DNA of 62,153 nt from an uncultured Candidatus Saccharibacteria bacterium (GCA_964486155.1 CAZAKQ010000002.1:1-62153), one strand, 5' to 3'. Positions 49,335 through 57,959 are shown, counted from the first letter of the stretch. The notes: a model not told the origin generated them from the sequence alone. Made by a program: numbers and translations.

Positions 49335-49433
49335 TAAAAAATAATCTGTATCTTAAAAAGTGTGGATAGAAACGAATACGAATTTTCAATTTCTAATTTT
49401 CAATTTTCAATCAATAAAAAATGTTCAATTCTC

Positions 49434-49530
49434 AAACATGGATTTTGGCTCCGCCAAAATTCGTCAACATTGGAAATTTAAACATTGAAAATTCCTTGAG
49501 AATTGTAAATTGTAAATTGAGAATTTTTTA
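49434..49530. repeat. intergenic repeat in the pilM-pilN spacer (second copy)
   Basis: 49442-49499 is identical to 45991-46048, and the flanks are similar. Confidence 0.9.
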
Positions 49531-50703
49531 ATGCACATCTTCCAGCCCTCTTAGTGCCAATCCTACTGCTACAGCAAATTCAGGACCTATTTCTTTCAAA
49601 ACTTCGTCTAAAAAAGCAGGAGTTTTAACTTTAGAAAAAGGATTTGCTATTTGAGTATTAATCTCCAAATTTTCAGAAGTAAAAGCTGGCAAACCTTTTA
49701 TTACCGAACCTCCTCCTGTAAAAATTAACTCTTTGATATTTTTACCTTTTTTAGTTTGATATTTTTTTAAAACTTTATTAGCTTCTATAAAAATATAATT
49801 CAAATTAGTAGTCATAATTTCAGCTAACTCTTTATTTTCTTCAGTAATATTAGCTAAATCAATTTGTCTTTTCCTTTCTTCTGCCTCTTTTATAGATATA
49901 CCTAAAGCTCTAGATATTGCCAAAGTTATATCTTGAGATCCTTTATTTATAATATAAGAATCTTTTACTATTCCATATTCAACTATATACATTTTACTTA
50001 CACTAGAACCAATATCTATCATAGCCACTGTGTTAATGTTATGGTCTATCACTGATCTAATAGTACTGAAAATTTCTATTTCTAAAAAATTCAAACTTAA
50101 TTGAGATTGTTTTATTATATTTCTATATTTTTCTATAGCATTTTTGTGAATCGCTACTACAAATATTTTTAATTGTTTTACTTTTGCACCTTCCTTTTTT
50201 TTATTATTTACAGCTATAGCAGATCGCTTATCTTCAGCTTCAATCTCTTCATCATCAAATTGATCTTCTGGAATAATCCTCCAATCTAACACTACCTCAG
50301 AGATAGGAACTGGAATATATCTTCTAGCCTCTATAGGAACTATTTTTTTCAGTTGTTCTTCTGACATTACAGGAACCTCCATATTGAAAACTAAAGCTGA
50401 ACGAATAGGGATACAAGTACCACAATGAGAAACATTTACTCTAGATTCTTCAATTAAACTCATTAAAGAAGAACTAATTTGTTTGTTACTTAAATTAGTC
50501 GATCTTCCTATTTCTGTTCCTCCTGCTGGACCTAAAGCCAACTCTCCATAAGTCTCTAAAACCGCCACCTCTTTTTCTTTTTTTAGTTGTACTATTTTTA
50601 TAGCAGAACTACCAATATCTACTCCTAAAAAACTTTGAGATTTATTTTTTAAAAACTTAAAGCTTTTTATTTTGTTTAAAATATTTTCCAATTTCATTAA
50701 CAA
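49528..50703 (-). CDS. pilM: actin-like pilus assembly ATPase PilM
   Basis: FLGVDIGSSAIKIVQL and IDIGSSVSKM ASKHA-fold phosphate motifs. Confidence 0.85.
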   Translation of the reverse strand: MLMKLENILNKIKSFKFLKNKSQSFLGVDIGSSAIKIVQLKKEKEVAVLETYGELALGPAGGTEIGRSTNLSNKQISSSLMSLIEESRVNVSHCGTCIPIRSALVFNMEVPVMSEEQLKKIVPIEARRYIPVPISEVVLDWRIIPEDQFDDEEIEAEDKRSAIAVNNKKKEGAKVKQLKIFVVAIHKNAIEKYRNIIKQSQLSLNFLEIEIFSTIRSVIDHNINTVAMIDIGSSVSKMYIVEYGIVKDSYIINKGSQDITLAISRALGISIKEAEERKRQIDLANITEENKELAEIMTTNLNYIFIEANKVLKKYQTKKGKNIKELIFTGGGSVIKGLPAFTSENLEINTQIANPFSKVKTPAFLDEVLKEIGPEFAVAVGLALRGLEDVH

Positions 50704-50721
50704 TATTATATCATATACTTA

Positions 50722-50806
50722 ATGAATCCCGTTAGAGATTACGGGGATAATTGTTATCAATTTAATTTAAGATAGTTTACCAAAAATAACCTATCTCTAA
50801 CGGGAT
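50722..50806 (+). promoter_or_regulatory. leader cassette copy c (upstream of comF)
   Basis: Distal ATGAATCCCGTTAGAGAT opens MNPVRDYGDNCYQFNLR* (50722..50775). Proximal ATCTCTAACGGGATG ends at ATG 50805. The arms are 14/14 complementary. Confidence 0.65.
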
Positions 50807-51479
50807 GAAACTAAACATTTTTTTGAAAAAAAGTTGTGGATTATTTTTAAATCTTTTTATTCCTTTAAATAATACTCAAAAGATGTTGAATAATATTTCT
50901 GTTGATGAATTTATGTCTTTAACTTCTCAAACTACTAATTTAAATCTTTCTATTATAAACACCTTAACAATTTTTAATTATAAAAATAAATTAGTTAAAC
51001 AAGCTATTTGGGCTTTGAAATTTAAAAATAATACAAAAATTGCTGAACTTTTTGGACAAATTATCTATGACTATTTAATTGAGGAATTAGCTGACTTAAA
51101 ACTTTCTCATAATTTTAATAAACCAGTTCTTATTCCTATCCCAATTTCTTTGAAAAAAAGATCGGAACGAGGATATAATCAAACTGAGTTAATTGCTTCT
51201 AAAATAAATAAATTAGATAAAAACAATTCTTTTGATTATCGTAAAAATATTTTAAAGAAGATAAAAAATACACTTCCTCAATCTAGAACTAAAACAAAAA
51301 AAGAACGTGAAGAAAATCTTAAGGGATGTTTCAAAGTGGTAATGCCTAAATTAGTTTCTGAACGAAATATTATTTTATTAGATGATGTTATTACTACAGG
51401 AGCCACTTTAAACGAAGCCAAAAAAGAACTTAAAAAATATAACCCTAAACAAATTATTTGTGTTGCTTTAGCGCATTAG
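50805..51479 (+). CDS. comF: ComF-family phosphoribosyltransferase-like competence protein
   Basis: PRTase motif ILLDDVITTGATLNEA and a ComFC-like core. Confidence 0.8.
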   Translation: MKLNIFLKKSCGLFLNLFIPLNNTQKMLNNISVDEFMSLTSQTTNLNLSIINTLTIFNYKNKLVKQAIWALKFKNNTKIAELFGQIIYDYLIEELADLKLSHNFNKPVLIPIPISLKKRSERGYNQTELIASKINKLDKNNSFDYRKNILKKIKNTLPQSRTKTKKEREENLKGCFKVVMPKLVSERNIILLDDVITTGATLNEAKKELKKYNPKQIICVALAH

Positions 51480-51558
51480 AAATGAATAAAATTCATTTCT
51501 AGATTAAAAGATTAAAATATGTTATTTTATAGGAAATTAGATAAAACTAAATATATAT

Positions 51559-51645
51559 GGAGAGTTGGCTGAGTGGTTTAAAGCGCACCCCTGCTAAGGG
51601 TGTGGGGGAGAAATCCCCTCGAGGGTTCGAATCCCTCACTCTCCG
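51559..51645 (+). tRNA. tRNA-Ser (anticodon GCU)
   Basis: Acceptor ggagagt/actctcc, anticodon loop ctGCTaa, long variable arm tgggggagaaatcccctc, T arm gaggg-ttcgaat-ccctc. Confidence 0.9.
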
Positions 51646-51707
51646 CAACATTGTACTAGCACGAGGAAATTACTATTTGTCAGAGTTTCAATTTTAAAAT
51701 ATATATT

Positions 51708-52277
51708 ATGGAAACAGATGAGAAGAAAGTGAAAAATGACCTTAAAGAACGTTTTGATATATACAAGATCTTTGTTAAAGAAGTACAATCAACAGAATCT
51801 TTTTTATTTCAACTCAAAATTGGACTAGGAAGTATGATTATAGCCATATTTGTTTTGGTATTCTCAGACATTCAAAACATTCAATTATCTTCTTCTTTAT
51901 TTAAAATATCATTTTTAATTATAATTTCATCTGTCATTATTCTCTTTGTTGAAGAAGTCTACGGTGATATGAAAGAAAAAATCAAAGCATCAGAAAAAAC
52001 AAAAATTGACGCTATCCTTTCAAACATTAGATATCATTGTTTCCTTCTAAAGAGAGATCCTAATAATCTAAAATTTTTAAAAATTGGAGCAGAAGCAGAA
52101 AAAAGACTTAATGATAATGTCGACATAAGTAATGATATAAAAGAAGGTCTTACTGTAGATGAAATTTTAAAAAAAAGAGGAAGATTTGATTTAAAATGGA
52201 AATCACGATTATTTATATGGACAATTCTTGCACTCTTAGTACCAATTATTTTATTTTATGAGATTTTTCTTAGGTAA
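51708..52277 (+). CDS. hypothetical membrane protein
   Basis: 189 aa with three hydrophobic segments. Confidence 0.45.
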   Translation: METDEKKVKNDLKERFDIYKIFVKEVQSTESFLFQLKIGLGSMIIAIFVLVFSDIQNIQLSSSLFKISFLIIISSVIILFVEEVYGDMKEKIKASEKTKIDAILSNIRYHCFLLKRDPNNLKFLKIGAEAEKRLNDNVDISNDIKEGLTVDEILKKRGRFDLKWKSRLFIWTILALLVPIILFYEIFLR

Positions 52278-52776
52278 TTAATTGCCCAAAGATATTTAAA
52301 AGAATATAATAAATTTATTAAAAATAGTGTTACAAAGGTTTAATTTTTTTATTAAACAAGATAGAATATAAAATATGGAAACCATTTGGATAATTTTTGG
52401 AATATTATCACTTATCTTACTTATCATTTATTGAAGTAGAAGAACTTTTGTGTGGGGAGGATTAACTTTGGGAATTATTATCGGATTTATAATTACTTTT
52501 TTTATCAAATCTGATTGGTATATAATTTTAAAAAGTGCTATATCAGGTACGATTGTTGGGTTTTTAGCAGATTTGCTTGGTAAAATTTCTGATAAAATGA
52601 AGAGTAACTAAAAGCGCACGAGGATCCTTTGTTAATAGTTCTTAAAAGCTTATAACCACCTTGTAGGGCTTGGTAACTCACAGTTCCAGCCCGAGGTTAC
52701 CCGCATTTATAATTTTAAAAATAAAAACAGCCTGAAAAAAACATTTGACAGACTGTTTAAAATAAGCAGGGAAAAG

Positions 52777-52959
52777 TTAATTATTTTTTCCTTGATGTGG
52801 AGGAAACCCTACTTTAATATCAGCTCCTCCACAGAAACCTTCTCCTTGATTGTTATCGTTGCATTTTTTCCCTTTTTTTTGGCAACAATCAGAACCTTTG
52901 CCACAATTACAATCATCTCCGTCATTAATATCTGTAGGACTTTCATAAAAATCAATCAT
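52777..52959 (-). CDS. small Cys-rich protein (metal-binding-like)
   Basis: AGGAG Shine-Dalgarno 7 nt before ATG 52959 (MIDFY...). Six Cys within DCNCGKGSDCCQKKGKKCNDNNQGEGFCGG. Confidence 0.45.
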   Translation of the reverse strand: MIDFYESPTDINDGDDCNCGKGSDCCQKKGKKCNDNNQGEGFCGGADIKVGFPPHQGKNN

Positions 52960-53025
52960 TTTATTTCTCCTCATTTAATACTTAACAACTATTATTAGTA
53001 TAAACTAATAATTTGAAAAAACAAG

Positions 53026-53055
53026 AAAAAACGGTCATTTTAGCGACCGTTTTTT
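53026..53055 (-). terminator. rho-independent terminator (bidirectional hairpin)
   Basis: aaaaaacggtc / gaccgtttttt with an 8-nt loop, 3' of the 53125 gene. Confidence 0.55.
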
Positions 53056-53124
53056 GTTCTTGTGCCTACCTGTCCGATAGGCAGGTTTTGATATTTTATT
53101 GTTTTAAGATAACGTAAATTCAAG

Positions 53125-54132
53125 TTATCGTGTATATCTAAGTGTATTCCATCTATCTAAGTAAATCATTTCTAAATTATGTTCATCTAATTTTACTATT
53201 TCATATACAAAAGGATCTAATCCTGGGGTAACTGCAAATAAATATTTACCATTTTCATCTTCAGGAGTTTCTCTTGTTATTGGATATTCATTATAAAGAA
53301 GAAAAGGTCCTTCTATCATAGAGACTCCATCGTAAAAATCTACTTTATATTTATCACTGAAATCTAAAATAGATTTTTCATCGTCAACTGAAATCCACCG
53401 TCCTTTTATTTTTTCATAATTATTAGAAATTTCAAGATTTTGATCATTCAACTCAATAGTATCTACTACTTCATCAAAAGAATTAAACCAACTCTGAGCT
53501 TCTTCCGAACCTTTCCCTTCCTTTAAACTATTATAGAAAGCATCTATTTTATCAAAATTCCAAATTAATTGATCTCCACAATTTTCTTCATTCTTTTCAA
53601 AATATTCTGACATAGTTGGAATAATTAAATCTTTATTTCCTTTTAAGGTTATAATAATTCTTCTATCATTTTTAAAAAATAAAGCTTTCCTTTCTAAAGT
53701 TACATCACAAATCTCAAAACGACTTAAAACCATATATTCTTGAGCATTAATTCCTTTTAAATCTCTGACTTTTTTTGAAATTTCCAATTCCCAATCATGT
53801 TCAGTTCCATATTCTCCCTTTTTCAAAGACTCTACTGTACTTAAAACATCTTCTTTGTCAAAACTTGGATAATCTAAATCATCTATTTTCGTATTTTCAA
53901 CCAAAAGCTGAGTTTCTCTTCCTGCGAAAGAGACACTATGTGGATATTTTAAAAATAAATCAGTTCCTTCTATTTCATAGAAATTCCATAAATCTGTTTC
54001 ATTTTCTATAGCCTTAGCTTGTCCACTTTGGTTAAACTCCTGTTCCTCTTTATTTTCTATAGAGCCTACTAAAAAACTTAGTCCAAATACTATTAATAGT
54101 ATTACTCCTAATAATATTAAAATGTTTTTCAT
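53125..54132 (-). CDS. hypothetical secreted protein
   Basis: Signal-peptide-like N terminus MKNILILLGVILLIVFGLSF. No motif recognised. Confidence 0.5.
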   Translation of the reverse strand: MKNILILLGVILLIVFGLSFLVGSIENKEEQEFNQSGQAKAIENETDLWNFYEIEGTDLFLKYPHSVSFAGRETQLLVENTKIDDLDYPSFDKEDVLSTVESLKKGEYGTEHDWELEISKKVRDLKGINAQEYMVLSRFEICDVTLERKALFFKNDRRIIITLKGNKDLIIPTMSEYFEKNEENCGDQLIWNFDKIDAFYNSLKEGKGSEEAQSWFNSFDEVVDTIELNDQNLEISNNYEKIKGRWISVDDEKSILDFSDKYKVDFYDGVSMIEGPFLLYNEYPITRETPEDENGKYLFAVTPGLDPFVYEIVKLDEHNLEMIYLDRWNTLRYTR

Positions 54133-54236
54133 CCCGTTAGAAATAATTCACTATTAGCAAACAATCTCAGTTAATTTATAATTTTAATTCCCGTTTTTTA
54201 TCCAAATTACAAAATCAAATCTCTAACGGGATCCAT
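54131..54236 (-). promoter_or_regulatory. leader cassette copy d
   Basis: Distal ATGGATCCCGTTAGAGAT opens MDPVRDLIL* (54236..54207). Proximal ATTTCTAACGGGATG ends at the start codon at 54132. Confidence 0.6.
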
Positions 54237-54278
54237 AATATTTTCGTTAATTACTAAACTTAATTTGATTGTAACACA

Positions 54279-54327
54279 AAACCCCCGTTCTTTGAATTTT
54301 GATTTAAAATTCAAAGAACGGGGGTTT
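54279..54327. terminator. long bidirectional hairpin 3' of rubrerythrin
   Basis: aaacccccgttctttgaatttt / aaaattcaaagaacgggggttt, a ~21-bp stem. Confidence 0.6.
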
Positions 54328-54335
54328 GTTATATA

Positions 54336-54887
54336 TTATTTTACTTCAAAATAATTTTGAGGATGATCACAAGAAGGGCATTTTTCAATTGCTTCGGTTC
54401 CATTATGCAAATAACCACATTTTCTACAAACCCATTCTACTTCTAACTCTTTTTTAAAGACAGAATTATTTTCAATATCATTTAAAATTTCTTTAAATCT
54501 TTCTTCATGATGTTTTTCTGCAACAGCAATAGCTCTTAATCTCTTGGCAATTTCTGGTAGATTCTCTTCGTCAGCTGTGTTAGCAAACTCAGGATACATT
54601 GTTAAATTTTCATAATTTTCTCCTGCAATAGATGCTTTTAAATTTTCGATTGTATTTCCTAGAGTAGTTGGAACTCCAGTCTCTACCGTAACTTCACCTT
54701 CTCCTAATTCATTTATCATTCTCATTAACCATTTTGCATGTTCTCTTTCATTATCAGCGGTTAATAAAAATATTTCATTTAATTGTTCGTAACCTTCTTT
54801 TTTTGCAATTTTAGCATAAAAGGTATATCTATTTCTTGCTTGAGATTCTCCAGCAAAGGCTTTTGCCAAATTTTCTAATGTTTTCAT
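54336..54887 (-). CDS. rbr: rubrerythrin
   Basis: Ferritin-like diiron motifs (E..EREH, E..EKHH) and a C-terminal rubredoxin-like CRKCG...CPSC. Confidence 0.9.
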   Translation of the reverse strand: MKTLENLAKAFAGESQARNRYTFYAKIAKKEGYEQLNEIFLLTADNEREHAKWLMRMINELGEGEVTVETGVPTTLGNTIENLKASIAGENYENLTMYPEFANTADEENLPEIAKRLRAIAVAEKHHEERFKEILNDIENNSVFKKELEVEWVCRKCGYLHNGTEAIEKCPSCDHPQNYFEVK

Positions 54888-54952
54888 ATATTATTTTTTA
54901 TTAATTATTAAAGTTTAATTATATCACAAAATTTTTATGATAGAATAAAGGA

Positions 54953-57130
54953 ATGAATTTAAATTCAACAATATTAAAAGAATTTCGAACTACCGAAGCT
55001 CAAAAGAAAGCACTTAAAAAACTTGGATTAAAAACCATAGAAGATTTACTTTTTTATTTCCCTGCTCGTTATAACAGCACTGAAGATTTAAAAGAAATAA
55101 AAGGTCTAAAAAAAGGAGACAAAATAATTCTCTATGCTCAAGTCAAAAAAATAAAAGCTACCAAAGCTTATTACAAAAAAATTCCAATGACAGAAGCTAC
55201 TTTAGAGGATGCTTCTGGTATAATCAAAGCTATCTGGTTTCGTCAAGCCTACATTTCTAAAATGCTTCCTGAAGGTTCTTTTGCAAAATTTTCAGGTACT
55301 ATTTCTGAACGAAAAGGGAAACCTTATTTAGCCAATCCTGAATATCAAAATGTAAGTTCTTTACCAATTGTGTCTAAAGGAGCTTTATTTTCAGAACAAA
55401 AAATAGATTCTTTTACATTGCCTATTTATCCAGAAACTCGTGGTCTAAGTTCCAAATGGATTTATCATAAAATTGAAAGGATATTTTCTGAAGGGGTTTT
55501 AGATAAATTAGAAGATCCAATTTCAGACAAAATTTTAAAAAAATATAATCTTCCTACTTTAAAAACAGCCTTAATTTGGATCCATACTCCTAAGAAAAAA
55601 TCAGATGCTCAAGCTTCTAGAAAAAGATTCGCTTTTGAAGAAGTTTTTTTTATTTCTCTTTTACGAGCCAAACAAAAAACTGAATATCAAAAAAATCCTT
55701 CCTTTAAAATTTCTACAACCCAAAAAAAATTAAAAGATTTTATCAATCGCTTCCCTTTCAAACCAACAACCTCTCAAACAAAATCAATAAATGCAATTTT
55801 AAAAGACTTCAAAAAAGATTATGCTATGAATCGTTTACTTGAAGGAGATGTTGGTTCTGGAAAAACTGCCGTAGCAGCTGCAACTATTTATGCAATTACT
55901 ACTACCTCTCCTAAAAACCAATCTTCGGCACGCTTGCAAACAGCCTATATGGTACCAACTGAAATTTTAGCCAAACAACATTTTGAATCTTTTATTAAAT
56001 TTTTTGAATACTTAAACATTAATATTGGTTTGATTACTTCTTCAGGCTGTAGAAAATTTCCATCAAAAGTAGATCCTACAAAATGGACAAAAATTTCCCG
56101 AGCTCAACTTTTAAAGTGGATTGCCAATGGCGAAATACCAATTCTCATTGGAACGCATTCTTTAATTCAAAAATCAGTTGAATTTAAAAATTTAGCTTAT
56201 GTCATTATTGACGAACAACACCGTTTCGGGTTGATGCAAAGACAAAAATTAACTCGTAAAAACGGAGAAATTTCTAAAACTAAAGACTTAACTCCACATT
56301 TATTATCTATGACAGCTACTCCTATTCCTCGAACTTTAGCTTTAAGTATTTATGGAGATTTAGATTTAACTTTATTAGATCAAATGCCTCACGGAAGAAA
56401 ACCAATTATTACTGAAATTGTTACTCCTCAGCAAAGAGAAAAAACTTACACTCAAATTAAAAAGAAATTAAAAGAAGGACGACAACTTTATGTAATTTGT
56501 CCTAGAATTGAAGAACCTGATCCTACTAAAGCAGGGGCTTTACGAGTCAAATCAGTAACAGCTGAGGCTCAACGATTAAAAACAGAAGTTTTCCCTGAAT
56601 ACGAAATTGGAATTCTACATAGCAAAATGAAACCAACTGAAAAAGAAGAAATTATGGATGATTTTTCTGAAGGTAAAATAGATATCTTAGTAGCTACTTC
56701 AGTTGTGGAAGTAGGAGTAAATGTAGCTAACGCTACTATGATTATTTTGGAAGGAGCTGAAAGATTTGGCTTAGCTCAACTTCATCAATTACGAGGACGA
56801 GTTATTCGTTCTAATCATCAAGCCTATTGTTTTGTTTTCAGTGATACTAAAACAGATAAAACTTTAGATAGACTGAAAGCCTTAAAAACTGCTAAAAATG
56901 GTTTTGAATTAGCAGAATTTGATTTAGAATTACGAGGTTCTGGAGAATTAATAGGAAATAAACAATGGGGAATGTCTGATTTAGCTATGGAAGCTATTAA
57001 AAATATTAAATTAGTAGAAGCGGCTCGAACTGAAGCTAAAAAATTAATAGAGGATGATCCTGAATTTCAGAACCACCCTCTAATCTTAGAAAAAATTTCC
57101 CAAATTGAAAAACTTATTCATTTTGAGTAG
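54953..57130 (+). CDS. recG: ATP-dependent DNA helicase RecG
   Basis: Wedge/OB N-domain, Walker A GDVGSGKT, DEQHRFG box, helicase C motifs QLHQLRGRVIR. Confidence 0.95.
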   Translation: MNLNSTILKEFRTTEAQKKALKKLGLKTIEDLLFYFPARYNSTEDLKEIKGLKKGDKIILYAQVKKIKATKAYYKKIPMTEATLEDASGIIKAIWFRQAYISKMLPEGSFAKFSGTISERKGKPYLANPEYQNVSSLPIVSKGALFSEQKIDSFTLPIYPETRGLSSKWIYHKIERIFSEGVLDKLEDPISDKILKKYNLPTLKTALIWIHTPKKKSDAQASRKRFAFEEVFFISLLRAKQKTEYQKNPSFKISTTQKKLKDFINRFPFKPTTSQTKSINAILKDFKKDYAMNRLLEGDVGSGKTAVAAATIYAITTTSPKNQSSARLQTAYMVPTEILAKQHFESFIKFFEYLNINIGLITSSGCRKFPSKVDPTKWTKISRAQLLKWIANGEIPILIGTHSLIQKSVEFKNLAYVIIDEQHRFGLMQRQKLTRKNGEISKTKDLTPHLLSMTATPIPRTLALSIYGDLDLTLLDQMPHGRKPIITEIVTPQQREKTYTQIKKKLKEGRQLYVICPRIEEPDPTKAGALRVKSVTAEAQRLKTEVFPEYEIGILHSKMKPTEKEEIMDDFSEGKIDILVATSVVEVGVNVANATMIILEGAERFGLAQLHQLRGRVIRSNHQAYCFVFSDTKTDKTLDRLKALKTAKNGFELAEFDLELRGSGELIGNKQWGMSDLAMEAIKNIKLVEAARTEAKKLIEDDPEFQNHPLILEKISQIEKLIHFE

Positions 57131-57347
57131 TTTTTTTAGGAAACTCATAATTTAAATCACCGGTTTTTGGATCAATTTTCATTGTATACCAAACAGATTT
57201 TTCTTTTTTTCCAGGTTTTTTTAAAGAATCATATCCCTCCATACTTTGAACCTCAAAACTTCCACAAGAAGGACAAGAATCAGAATTTGAAAAACGAGAC
57301 CTACAGTTCAAACATCGAATATTTTCATCAAAAGCATAATCACTCAT
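57114..57347 (-). CDS. small zinc-ribbon protein
   Basis: CLNC...CPSC pair. 77 aa. Converges on recG and overlaps it by 17 nt. Confidence 0.45.
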   Translation of the reverse strand: MSDYAFDENIRCLNCRSRFSNSDSCPSCGSFEVQSMEGYDSLKKPGKKEKSVWYTMKIDPKTGDLNYEFPKKTTQNE

Positions 57348-57411
57348 TTTAAATATTCTCCTATTTTTTAGTTTAAATTTATACTTCTAAAATTGATATT
57401 ACCACATACAA

Positions 57412-57641
57412 AAAACCAAAGCTATCTGCTTTGGTTTTAAGTATTTTAAATTCAGGACTCGGTCCCCAGTTCTAAGTTCAGACTTCGTCCTTCGGAACTC
57501 GTCTTCACTAAGAACTCTTGACCTCGCTCAGTCGTATTTCCCTTCACTTCGTTACGGGAAATTTACTCCTTCGTTTCGAGTCCTGCCACACGCTAAAATA
57601 CTAAAAACCAAAACTAAACGCTTTGGTTTTAAGTATTTTAG
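57412..57641 (-). other. tRNA-3'-end-associated structured module B
   Basis: Inverted copy of the tRNA-Ile 3' end at 57577-57593. Hairpin at 57536-57562. CTTGACCTC at 57517-57525. Distal direct copy of the T-loop segment plus terminator hairpin at 57412-57461. Confidence 0.6.
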
Positions 57642-57714
57642 TGCGTGTGCCAGGACTCGAACCTGGGACCACAGAGGTATAAGCTCTGCGCTCTACCAAC
57701 TGAGCTACACACGC
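57642..57714 (-). tRNA. tRNA-Ile (anticodon UAU)
   Basis: Acceptor gcgtgtg/cacacgc, anticodon stem cagag/ctctg, loop ctTATac, T arm ccagg-ttcgagt-cctgg. Confidence 0.85.
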
Positions 57715-57959
57715 ATTAGCATTTATAAAATATTATATCAAAAACTCTTTAAAATCAATTTAATTTTCCTAGACTACTGCATCAAAATTATTTGGAAATA
57801 CGACTTCTTTTAATTATTTATTAAAATCTTTAGGCAAATTCATATCAATGCAAATTCAGAAGTCGGACTTCCAAATAATTTCTTCTCGAAGATGAATTTT
57901 GCTTTAGCAAAATTCGTCACTTTCAACTTTATGAACTTTTTAGACTTTCGACTTCTCTC

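Noticed and set aside
38576-50703. PilQ secretin or PilP within the pilus locus
   Set aside because: No large beta-rich secretin-like ORF is present. The 104-aa ORF at 47875-48189 is too small and has no lipobox, so the absence is taken as real for this window.
52375-52611. Possible UGA recoding: an unlisted 78-codon membrane-protein-like frame (METIWIIFGILSLILLIIY-TGA-SRRTFVWGGLTLGIIIGF...) with an in-frame TGA at 52432
   Set aside because: Long genes in the window (AcrB-like, LigA, RecG, FtsH and others) contain no in-frame TGA, and Trp is encoded by TGG, so the standard code 11 applies. Three ORFs (7882, 22278, 28389) end in TGA. The frame is more likely two small ORFs (the second could start at GTG 52450) or a pseudogene. 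It may still deserve a look in read data.
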